DNA of 6,408 nt from Escherichia phage fd, in the sequence record NC_025824.1. One strand, given 5' to 3'. This document shows positions 1-6,006 of the stretch, one piece after another. The position numbers and the translations under genes were made by a program. The notes under the pieces were generated by a model. That model searched no databases and was not told the origin of the DNA. It was given only the letters and a program-made list of their open reading frames with translations. How positions within the stretch are numbered: the first letter of the stretch is position 1; each line of letters starts with the position of its first letter.

Positions 1-831
1 AACGCTACTACCATTAGTAGAATTGATGCCACCTTTTCAGCTCGCGCCCCAAATGAAAATATAGCTAAACAGGTTATTGACCATTTGCGAAATGTATCTA
101 ATGGTCAAACTAAATCTACTCGTTCGCAGAATTGGGAATCAACTGTTACATGGAATGAAACTTCCAGACACCGTACTTTAGTTGCATATTTAAAACATGT
201 TGAACTACAGCACCAGATTCAGCAATTAAGCTCTAAGCCATCCGCAAAAATGACCTCTTATCAAAAGGAGCAATTAAAGGTACTGTCTAATCCTGACCTG
301 TTGGAATTTGCTTCCGGTCTGGTTCGCTTTGAGGCTCGAATTGAAACGCGATATTTGAAGTCTTTCGGGCTTCCTCTTAATCTTTTTGATGCAATTCGCT
401 TTGCTTCTGACTATAATAGACAGGGTAAAGACCTGATTTTTGATTTATGGTCATTCTCGTTTTCTGAACTGTTTAAAGCATTTGAGGGGGATTCAATGAA
501 TATTTATGACGATTCCGCAGTATTGGACGCTATCCAGTCTAAACATTTTACAATTACCCCCTCTGGCAAAACTTCCTTTGCAAAAGCCTCTCGCTATTTT
601 GGTTTCTATCGTCGTCTGGTTAATGAGGGTTATGATAGTGTTGCTCTTACCATGCCTCGTAATTCCTTTTGGCGTTATGTATCTGCATTAGTTGAGTGTG
701 GTATTCCTAAATCTCAATTGATGAATCTTTCCACCTGTAATAATGTTGTTCCGTTAGTTCGTTTTATTAACGTAGATTTTTCCTCCCAACGTCCTGACTG
801 GTATAATGAGCCAGTTCTTAAAATCGCATAA
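1..831 (+). CDS. II: Replication initiation endonuclease gpII, 3' portion (CDS wraps across the window ends; 5' portion at 6007..6408)
   Basis: Open frame in phase 1 from base 1 to the TAA at 829..831. The ORF track's 85..831 is the same frame begun at an internal TTG. Frame is continuous with 6007..6408 if the window is circular, giving 1233 nt = 410 aa, the known size of Ff gpII. Sequence recognised as Ff gene II. Confidence 0.93.
   Translation, partial: NATTISRIDATFSARAPNENIAKQVIDHLRNVSNGQTKSTRSQNWESTVTWNETSRHRTLVAYLKHVELQHQIQQLSSKPSAKMTSYQKEQLKVLSNPDLLEFASGLVRFEARIETRYLKSFGLPLNLFDAIRFASDYNRQGKDLIFDLWSFSFSELFKAFEGDSMNIYDDSAVLDAIQSKHFTITPSGKTSFAKASRYFGFYRRLVNEGYDSVALTMPRNSFWRYVSALVECGIPKSQLMNLSTCNNVVPLVRFINVDFSSQRPDWYNEPVLKIA
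496..831 (+). CDS. X: gpX, in-frame internal restart within gene II (identical to the C-terminal 111 aa of gpII); replication regulator
   Basis: ATG at 496..498 is in the gene II frame and shares its stop at 829..831 (336 nt, 111 aa). Product begins MNIYDDSAVLDAIQSK. Established Ff gene X architecture. Confidence 0.85.
   Translation: MNIYDDSAVLDAIQSKHFTITPSGKTSFAKASRYFGFYRRLVNEGYDSVALTMPRNSFWRYVSALVECGIPKSQLMNLSTCNNVVPLVRFINVDFSSQRPDWYNEPVLKIA
799..807 (+). promoter_or_regulatory. Candidate extended -10 promoter element (TGgTATAAT) upstream of gene V
   Basis: TG at 799..800 and TATAAT at 802..807, about 35 nt upstream of the gene V ATG. No good -35 hexamer seen. Ff phages are known to have a promoter in front of gene V, but the exact placement here is my inference. 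Confidence 0.35.
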
Positions 832-842
832 GGTAATTCAAA

Positions 843-1106
843 ATGATTAAAGTTGAAATTAAACCGTCTCAAGCGCAATTTACTACCCGTTCTGGTGTTT
901 CTCGTCAGGGCAAGCCTTATTCACTGAATGAGCAGCTTTGTTACGTTGATTTGGGTAATGAATATCCGGTGCTTGTCAAGATTACTCTCGACGAAGGTCA
1001 GCCAGCGTATGCGCCTGGTCTGTACACCGTGCATCTGTCCTCGTTCAAAGTTGGTCAGTTCGGTTCTCTTATGATTGACCGTCTGCGCCTCGTTCCGGCT
1101 AAGTAA
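843..1106 (+). CDS. V: gpV, single-stranded DNA-binding protein (87 aa)
   Basis: ORF 843..1106, product MIKVEIKPSQAQFTTRSGVSRQGKPYSLNEQLCYVDLGNEY..., recognised as Ff gene V protein. Shine-Dalgarno-like AAGGT at 830..834. Confidence 0.97.
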   Translation: MIKVEIKPSQAQFTTRSGVSRQGKPYSLNEQLCYVDLGNEYPVLVKITLDEGQPAYAPGLYTVHLSSFKVGQFGSLMIDRLRLVPAK

Positions 1107-1107
1107 C

Positions 1108-1209
1108 ATGGAGCAGGTCGCGGATTTCGACACAATTTATCAGGCGATGATACAAATCTCCGTTGTACTTTGTTTCGCGCTTGGTATAATCGCTGGGGGT
1201 CAAAGATGA
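1108..1209 (+). CDS. VII: gpVII, minor coat protein at the virion tip that emerges first (33 aa)
   Basis: ATG at 1108, one base after the gene V stop (TAA 1104..1106). Translates to MEQVADFDTIYQAMIQISVVLCFALGIIAGGQR, stop TGA at 1207..1209. Too short for the ORF track; recognised as Ff gene VII. Confidence 0.9.
   Translation: MEQVADFDTIYQAMIQISVVLCFALGIIAGGQR
1163..1190 (+). promoter_or_regulatory. Candidate sigma70 promoter inside gene VII, driving gene IX/VIII transcription
   Basis: TTGTAC at 1163..1168, 16-nt spacer, perfect TATAAT at 1185..1190. Ff phages are known to have a strong promoter upstream of gene VIII; assigning it to these bases is inference from the motif. Confidence 0.5.
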
Positions 1210-1304
1210 GTGTTTTAGTGTATTCTTTCGCCTCTTTCGTTTTAGGTTGGTGCCTTCGTAGTGGCATTACGTATTTTACCCGTTTAATGGAAACTTCCTC
1301 ATGA
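1206..1304 (+). CDS. IX: gpIX, minor coat protein at the same virion tip as gpVII (32 aa)
   Basis: ATG at 1206..1208 overlaps the gene VII stop as ATGA. Translates to MSVLVYSFASFVLGWCLRSGITYFTRLMETSS, stop TGA at 1302..1304. Too short for the ORF track; recognised as Ff gene IX. Confidence 0.9.
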   Translation: MSVLVYSFASFVLGWCLRSGITYFTRLMETSS

Positions 1305-1522
1305 AAAAGTCTTTAGTCCTCAAAGCCTCCGTAGCCGTTGCTACCCTCGTTCCGATGCTGTCTTTCGCTGCTGAGGGTGACGATCCCGCAAAAGCGGCCT
1401 TTGACTCCCTGCAAGCCTCAGCGACCGAATATATCGGTTATGCGTGGGCGATGGTTGTTGTCATTGTCGGCGCAACTATCGGTATCAAGCTGTTTAAGAA
1501 ATTCACCTCGAAAGCAAGCTGA
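1301..1522 (+). CDS. VIII: gpVIII, major coat protein precursor (73 aa procoat; 23-aa signal peptide, 50-aa mature protein)
   Basis: ATG at 1301 overlaps the gene IX stop as ATGA. Product MKKSLVLKASVAVATLVPMLSFA|AEGDDPAKAAFDSLQASATEYIGYAWAMVVVIVGATIGIKLFKKFTSKAS. Mature residue 12 is Asp, as in fd/f1 (M13 has Asn). Confidence 0.98.
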   Translation: MKKSLVLKASVAVATLVPMLSFAAEGDDPAKAAFDSLQASATEYIGYAWAMVVVIVGATIGIKLFKKFTSKAS

Positions 1523-1537
1523 TAAACCGATACAATT

Positions 1538-1565
1538 AAAGGCTCCTTTTGGAGCCTTTTTTTTT
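1538..1565 (+). terminator. Rho-independent terminator after gene VIII
   Basis: Stem aaaggctcc (1538..1546), loop tttt, stem ggagccttt (1551..1559), followed by a T-run through 1565. Sits between gene VIII and gene III, matching the known Ff central terminator. Confidence 0.85.
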
Positions 1566-1578
1566 GGAGATTTTCAAC

Positions 1579-2853
1579 GTGAAAAAATTATTATTCGCAA
1601 TTCCTTTAGTTGTTCCTTTCTATTCTCACTCCGCTGAAACTGTTGAAAGTTGTTTAGCAAAACCTCATACAGAAAATTCATTTACTAACGTCTGGAAAGA
1701 CGACAAAACTTTAGATCGTTACGCTAACTATGAGGGCTGTCTGTGGAATGCTACAGGCGTTGTGGTTTGTACTGGTGACGAAACTCAGTGTTACGGTACA
1801 TGGGTTCCTATTGGGCTTGCTATCCCTGAAAATGAGGGTGGTGGCTCTGAGGGTGGCGGTTCTGAGGGTGGCGGTTCTGAGGGTGGCGGTACTAAACCTC
1901 CTGAGTACGGTGATACACCTATTCCGGGCTATACTTATATCAACCCTCTCGACGGCACTTATCCGCCTGGTACTGAGCAAAACCCCGCTAATCCTAATCC
2001 TTCTCTTGAGGAGTCTCAGCCTCTTAATACTTTCATGTTTCAGAATAATAGGTTCCGAAATAGGCAGGGTGCATTAACTGTTTATACGGGCACTGTTACT
2101 CAAGGCACTGACCCCGTTAAAACTTATTACCAGTACACTCCTGTATCATCAAAAGCCATGTATGACGCTTACTGGAACGGTAAATTCAGAGACTGCGCTT
2201 TCCATTCTGGCTTTAATGAGGATCCATTCGTTTGTGAATATCAAGGCCAATCGTCTGACCTGCCTCAACCTCCTGTCAATGCTGGCGGCGGCTCTGGTGG
2301 TGGTTCTGGTGGCGGCTCTGAGGGTGGCGGCTCTGAGGGTGGCGGTTCTGAGGGTGGCGGCTCTGAGGGTGGCGGTTCCGGTGGCGGCTCCGGTTCCGGT
2401 GATTTTGATTATGAAAAAATGGCAAACGCTAATAAGGGGGCTATGACCGAAAATGCCGATGAAAACGCGCTACAGTCTGACGCTAAAGGCAAACTTGATT
2501 CTGTCGCTACTGATTACGGTGCTGCTATCGATGGTTTCATTGGTGACGTTTCCGGCCTTGCTAATGGTAATGGTGCTACTGGTGATTTTGCTGGCTCTAA
2601 TTCCCAAATGGCTCAAGTCGGTGACGGTGATAATTCACCTTTAATGAATAATTTCCGTCAATATTTACCTTCTTTGCCTCAGTCGGTTGAATGTCGCCCT
2701 TATGTCTTTGGCGCTGGTAAACCATATGAATTTTCTATTGATTGTGACAAAATAAACTTATTCCGTGGTGTCTTTGCGTTTCTTTTATATGTTGCCACCT
2801 TTATGTATGTATTTTCGACGTTTGCTAACATACTGCGTAATAAGGAGTCTTAA
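1579..2853 (+). CDS. III: gpIII, minor coat / receptor-binding adsorption protein (424 aa including an 18-aa signal peptide); N1, N2 and C-terminal domains separated by glycine-rich linkers
   Basis: GTG start at 1579 just after the terminator, with GGAG at 1566..1569. Product [18 protein letters not shown]|[42 protein letters not shown]..., stop TAA at 2851..2853. The ORF track's 1549 start is a TTG inside the terminator hairpin. No foreign insert after the signal peptide. Confidence 0.96.
   Translation: MKKLLFAIPLVVPFYSHSAETVESCLAKPHTENSFTNVWKDDKTLDRYANYEGCLWNATGVVVCTGDETQCYGTWVPIGLAIPENEGGGSEGGGSEGGGSEGGGTKPPEYGDTPIPGYTYINPLDGTYPPGTEQNPANPNPSLEESQPLNTFMFQNNRFRNRQGALTVYTGTVTQGTDPVKTYYQYTPVSSKAMYDAYWNGKFRDCAFHSGFNEDPFVCEYQGQSSDLPQPPVNAGGGSGGGSGGGSEGGGSEGGGSEGGGSEGGGSGGGSGSGDFDYEKMANANKGAMTENADENALQSDAKGKLDSVATDYGAAIDGFIGDVSGLANGNGATGDFAGSNSQMAQVGDGDNSPLMNNFRQYLPSLPQSVECRPYVFGAGKPYEFSIDCDKINLFRGVFAFLLYVATFMYVFSTFANILRNKES
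1834..1890 (+). repeat. Tandem 15-bp repeat encoding the (EGGGS)n first glycine-rich linker of gpIII
   Basis: gagggtggtggctct / gagggtggcggttct / gagggtggcggttct / gagggtggcggt read directly; encodes [19 protein letters not shown]. Confidence 0.95.
2284..2400 (+). repeat. Tandem 12-15-bp repeat encoding the GGGS/EGGGS second glycine-rich linker of gpIII
   Basis: About nine consecutive units (ggcggcggctct, ggtggtggttct, gagggtggcggctct ...) encoding [39 protein letters not shown]. Confidence 0.95.
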
Positions 2854-2855
2854 TC

Positions 2856-3194
2856 ATGCCAGTTCTTTTGGGTATTCCGTTATTATTGCGTTTCCTCGGT
2901 TTCCTTCTGGTAACTTTGTTCGGCTATCTGCTTACTTTCCTTAAAAAGGGCTTCGGTAAGATAGCTATTGCTATTTCATTGTTTCTTGCTCTTATTATTG
3001 GGCTTAACTCAATTCTTGTGGGTTATCTCTCTGATATTAGCGCACAATTACCCTCTGATTTTGTTCAGGGCGTTCAGTTAATTCTCCCGTCTAATGCGCT
3101 TCCCTGTTTTTATGTTATTCTCTCTGTAAAGGCTGCTATTTTCATTTTTGACGTTAAACAAAAAATCGTTTCTTATTTGGATTGGGATAAATAA
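2856..3194 (+). CDS. VI: gpVI, minor coat protein at the gpIII end of the virion (112 aa)
   Basis: ATG at 2856, two bases after the gene III stop; AAGGAG at 2842..2847. Hydrophobic product MPVLLGIPLLLRFLGFLLVTLFGYLL..., stop TAA at 3192..3194. Recognised as Ff gene VI. Confidence 0.96.
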   Translation: MPVLLGIPLLLRFLGFLLVTLFGYLLTFLKKGFGKIAIAISLFLALIIGLNSILVGYLSDISAQLPSDFVQGVQLILPSNALPCFYVILSVKAAIFIFDVKQKIVSYLDWDK

Positions 3195-3196
3195 AT

Positions 3197-4243
3197 ATGG
3201 CTGTTTATTTTGTAACTGGCAAATTAGGCTCTGGAAAGACGCTCGTTAGCGTTGGTAAGATTCAGGATAAAATTGTAGCTGGGTGCAAAATAGCAACTAA
3301 TCTTGATTTAAGGCTTCAAAACCTCCCGCAAGTCGGGAGGTTCGCTAAAACGCCTCGCGTTCTTAGAATACCGGATAAGCCTTCTATTTCTGATTTGCTT
3401 GCTATTGGTCGTGGTAATGATTCCTACGACGAAAATAAAAACGGTTTGCTTGTTCTTGATGAATGCGGTACTTGGTTTAATACCCGTTCATGGAATGACA
3501 AGGAAAGACAGCCGATTATTGATTGGTTTCTTCATGCTCGTAAATTGGGATGGGATATTATTTTTCTTGTTCAGGATTTATCTATTGTTGATAAACAGGC
3601 GCGTTCTGCATTAGCTGAACACGTTGTTTATTGTCGCCGTCTGGACAGAATTACTTTACCCTTTGTCGGCACTTTATATTCTCTTGTTACTGGCTCAAAA
3701 ATGCCTCTGCCTAAATTACATGTTGGTGTTGTTAAATATGGTGATTCTCAATTAAGCCCTACTGTTGAGCGTTGGCTTTATACTGGTAAGAATTTATATA
3801 ACGCATATGACACTAAACAGGCTTTTTCCAGTAATTATGATTCAGGTGTTTATTCATATTTAACCCCTTATTTATCACACGGTCGGTATTTCAAACCATT
3901 AAATTTAGGTCAGAAGATGAAATTAACTAAAATATATTTGAAAAAGTTTTCTCGCGTTCTTTGTCTTGCGATAGGATTTGCATCAGCATTTACATATAGT
4001 TATATAACCCAACCTAAGCCGGAGGTTAAAAAGGTAGTCTCTCAGACCTATGATTTTGATAAATTCACTATTGACTCTTCTCAGCGTCTTAATCTAAGCT
4101 ATCGCTATGTTTTCAAGGATTCTAAGGGAAAATTAATTAATAGCGACGATTTACAGAAGCAAGGTTATTCCATCACATATATTGATTTATGTACTGTTTC
4201 AATTAAAAAAGGTAATTCAAATGAAATTGTTAAATGTAATTAA
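3197..4243 (+). CDS. I: gpI, inner-membrane assembly ATPase (348 aa) with an N-terminal Walker A motif
   Basis: ORF 3197..4243. P-loop GKLGSGKT at residues 8-15 (about 3218..3241). Recognised as Ff gene I. Confidence 0.96.
   Translation: MAVYFVTGKLGSGKTLVSVGKIQDKIVAGCKIATNLDLRLQNLPQVGRFAKTPRVLRIPDKPSISDLLAIGRGNDSYDENKNGLLVLDECGTWFNTRSWNDKERQPIIDWFLHARKLGWDIIFLVQDLSIVDKQARSALAEHVVYCRRLDRITLPFVGTLYSLVTGSKMPLPKLHVGVVKYGDSQLSPTVERWLYTGKNLYNAYDTKQAFSSNYDSGVYSYLTPYLSHGRYFKPLNLGQKMKLTKIYLKKFSRVLCLAIGFASAFTYSYITQPKPEVKKVVSQTYDFDKFTIDSSQRLNLSYRYVFKDSKGKLINSDDLQKQGYSITYIDLCTVSIKKGNSNEIVKCN
3917..4243 (+). CDS. XI: gpXI, in-frame internal restart within gene I (C-terminal 108 aa of gpI); assembly protein
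   Basis: ATG at 3917..3919 is in the gene I frame and shares its stop. Product begins MKLTKIYLKKFSRVLCLAIGFASAF... and is 108 aa, the known size of gpXI. Confidence 0.8.
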   Translation: MKLTKIYLKKFSRVLCLAIGFASAFTYSYITQPKPEVKKVVSQTYDFDKFTIDSSQRLNLSYRYVFKDSKGKLINSDDLQKQGYSITYIDLCTVSIKKGNSNEIVKCN

Positions 4244-5501
4244 TTTTGTTTTCTTGATGTTTGTTTCATCATCTTCTTTTGCTCAAGTAATTGAAATGAA
4301 TAATTCGCCTCTGCGCGATTTCGTGACTTGGTATTCAAAGCAAACAGGTGAATCTGTTATTGTCTCACCTGATGTTAAAGGTACAGTGACTGTATATTCC
4401 TCTGACGTTAAGCCTGAAAATTTACGCAATTTCTTTATCTCTGTTTTACGTGCTAATAATTTTGATATGGTTGGCTCAATTCCTTCCATAATTCAGAAAT
4501 ATAACCCAAATAGTCAGGATTATATTGATGAATTGCCATCATCTGATATTCAGGAATATGATGATAATTCCGCTCCTTCTGGTGGTTTCTTTGTTCCGCA
4601 AAATGATAATGTTACTCAAACATTTAAAATTAATAACGTTCGCGCAAAGGATTTAATAAGGGTTGTAGAATTGTTTGTTAAATCTAATACATCTAAATCC
4701 TCAAATGTATTATCTGTTGATGGTTCTAACTTATTAGTAGTTAGCGCCCCTAAAGATATTTTAGATAACCTTCCGCAATTTCTTTCTACTGTTGATTTGC
4801 CAACTGACCAGATATTGATTGAAGGATTAATTTTCGAGGTTCAGCAAGGTGATGCTTTAGATTTTTCCTTTGCTGCTGGCTCTCAGCGCGGCACTGTTGC
4901 TGGTGGTGTTAATACTGACCGTCTAACCTCTGTTTTATCTTCTGCGGGTGGTTCGTTCGGTATTTTTAACGGCGATGTTTTAGGGCTATCAGTTCGCGCA
5001 TTAAAGACTAATAGCCATTCAAAAATATTGTCTGTGCCTCGTATTCTTACGCTTTCAGGTCAGAAGGGTTCTATTTCTGTTGGCCAGAATGTCCCTTTTA
5101 TTACTGGTCGTGTAACTGGTGAATCTGCCAATGTAAATAATCCATTTCAGACGGTTGAGCGTCAAAATGTTGGTATTTCTATGAGTGTTTTTCCCGTTGC
5201 AATGGCTGGCGGTAATATTGTTTTAGATATAACCAGTAAGGCCGATAGTTTGAGTTCTTCTACTCAGGCAAGTGATGTTATTACTAATCAAAGAAGTATT
5301 GCGACAACGGTTAATTTGCGTGATGGTCAGACTCTTTTGCTCGGTGGCCTCACTGATTACAAAAACACTTCTCAAGATTCTGGTGTGCCGTTCCTGTCTA
5401 AAATCCCTTTAATCGGCCTCCTGTTTAGCTCCCGTTCTGATTCTAACGAGGAAAGCACGTTGTACGTGCTCGTCAAAGCAACCATAGTACGCGCCCTGTA
5501 G
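4221..5501 (+). CDS. IV: gpIV, outer-membrane secretin for phage export (426 aa including a 21-aa signal peptide)
   Basis: ATG at 4221 preceded by AAGGT (4209..4213). Signal peptide MKLLNVINFVFLMFVSSSSFA then QVIEMNNSPLRDF... The ORF track's 4182 start is an upstream in-frame ATG inside gene I. Start overlaps the end of gene I by 23 nt; stop TAG at 5499..5501. Recognised as Ff gene IV. Confidence 0.95.
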   Translation: MKLLNVINFVFLMFVSSSSFAQVIEMNNSPLRDFVTWYSKQTGESVIVSPDVKGTVTVYSSDVKPENLRNFFISVLRANNFDMVGSIPSIIQKYNPNSQDYIDELPSSDIQEYDDNSAPSGGFFVPQNDNVTQTFKINNVRAKDLIRVVELFVKSNTSKSSNVLSVDGSNLLVVSAPKDILDNLPQFLSTVDLPTDQILIEGLIFEVQQGDALDFSFAAGSQRGTVAGGVNTDRLTSVLSSAGGSFGIFNGDVLGLSVRALKTNSHSKILSVPRILTLSGQKGSISVGQNVPFITGRVTGESANVNNPFQTVERQNVGISMSVFPVAMAGGNIVLDITSKADSLSSSTQASDVITNQRSIATTVNLRDGQTLLLGGLTDYKNTSQDSGVPFLSKIPLIGLLFSSRSDSNEESTLYVLVKATIVRAL

Positions 5502-5553
5502 CGGCGCATTAAGCGCGGCGGGTGTGGTGGTTACGCGCAGCGTGACCGCTACA
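5497..5553 (+). other. Packaging signal (morphogenetic signal) hairpin A, at the gene IV / intergenic boundary
   Basis: Left arm tgtagcgg (5497..5504) pairs perfectly with right arm ccgctaca (5546..5553), with further imperfect GC-rich pairing inside. Position immediately after gene IV matches the known Ff packaging hairpin. Exact limits approximate. Confidence 0.7.
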
Positions 5554-5599
5554 CTTGCCAGCGCCCTAGCGCCCGCTCCTTTCGCTTTCTTCCCTTCCT

Positions 5600-5760
5600 T
5601 TCTCGCCACGTTCTCCGGCTTTCCCCGTCAAGCTCTAAATCGGGGGATCCCTTTAGGGTTCCGATTTAGTGCTTTACGGCACCTCGACCTCCAAAAACTT
5701 GATTTGGGTGATGGTTCACGTAGTGGGCCATCGCCCTGATAGACGGTTTTTCGCCCTTTG
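5600..5760 (+). other. Minus-strand (complementary-strand) replication origin region, hairpins B and C (approximate limits)
   Basis: Inverted repeat ctaaatcgg (5635..5643) / ccgatttag (5661..5669) with inner ccct/aggg pairing forms hairpin B; more dyad symmetry follows. Location between the packaging signal and the plus origin matches the known Ff minus origin. A GGATCC (BamHI) site lies at 5645..5650 inside hairpin B. Confidence 0.6.
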
Positions 5761-5765
5761 ACGTT

Positions 5766-5810
5766 GGAGTCCACGTTCTTTAATAGTGGACTCTTGTTCC
5801 AAACTGGAAC
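5766..5810 (+). other. Plus-strand origin core: gpII recognition/nicking hairpin D and adjacent hairpin E
   Basis: Stem gagtccac (5767..5774) / gtggactc (5786..5793) around loop gttctttaata; the known gpII nick lies in the loop within cttt/aata (about 5781/5782). It is followed by the palindrome gttccaaactggaac (5796..5810). Sequence recognised as the Ff/f1 origin. Confidence 0.85.
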
Positions 5811-5934
5811 AACACTCACAACTAACTCGGCCTATTCTTTTGATTTATAAGGATTTTTGTCATTTTCTGCTTACTGGTTAAAAAATAAGCTGATTTAACA
5901 AATATTTAACGCGAAATTTAACAAAACATTAACG

Positions 5935-5963
5935 TTTACAATTTAAATATTTGCTTATACAAT
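5935..5963 (+). promoter_or_regulatory. Candidate sigma70 promoter for gene II
   Basis: TTTACA at 5935..5940, 17-nt spacer, TACAAT at 5958..5963, about 44 nt upstream of the gene II ATG. Consistent with the known promoter in front of gene II; exact assignment is inference from the motif. Confidence 0.5.
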
Positions 5964-6006
5964 CATCCTGTTTTTGGGGCTTTTCTGATTATCAACCGGG
6001 GTACAT

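Noticed and set aside
85-87. TTG start of the track ORF 85..831
   Set aside because: This is an internal codon of gene II. The frame is open from base 1 and continues from 6007..6408 across the circular junction.
506-691. Alternate-frame + strand ORFs 506..691, 1338..1637 and 3399..3614
   Set aside because: They lie wholly inside genes II/X, VIII and I in other frames, with no ribosome-binding sites and low-complexity hydrophobic translations. Chance ORFs in a T-rich genome.
921-1267. Minus-strand ORFs 921..1133 and 1055..1267
   Set aside because: They are antisense to genes V, VII and IX, not recognisable as any protein, and no minus-strand genes exist in Ff phages. Chance ORFs.
1549-1578. 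Upstream extension of the gene III ORF (track start at 1549, product beginning [10 protein letters not shown])
   Set aside because: The start is a TTG inside the loop of the gene VIII terminator hairpin. The real start is GTG 1579, which has a GGAG ribosome-binding site and begins the known gpIII signal peptide.
1834-2400. Possible CRISPR array or mobile-element repeats
   Set aside because: The repeats are 12-15 bp, directly tandem with no spacers, and in frame within gene III (Gly/Ser linkers). No cas genes, transposase or terminal inverted repeats occur anywhere in the window.
1711-2644. Repetitive alternate-frame and antisense ORFs (1711..1980 -, 1730..2077 +, 2162..2446 +, 2453..2644 +)
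   Set aside because: They are out-of-frame readings of gene III. Their internal repeats ([19 protein letters not shown]) simply mirror the tandem linker-encoding DNA repeats.
4182-4220. Upstream ATG for gene IV (track start at 4182, product beginning MIYVLFQLKKVIQ)
   Set aside because: It lies inside gene I with no ribosome-binding site. ATG 4221 has an AAGGT site and starts the recognised gpIV signal peptide MKLLNVINFVFLMFVSSSSFA.
4283-4489. Minus-strand ORF 4283..4489
   Set aside because: Antisense to gene IV, with no start context and no recognisable product.
5409-5819. ORFs in the intergenic region (5524..5739 +, 5409..5609 -, 5628..5819 -)
   Set aside because: They overlap the packaging-signal and origin hairpins. 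The Ala/Arg/Pro-rich translations are typical of GC-rich structured DNA, and this region is known to be non-coding.
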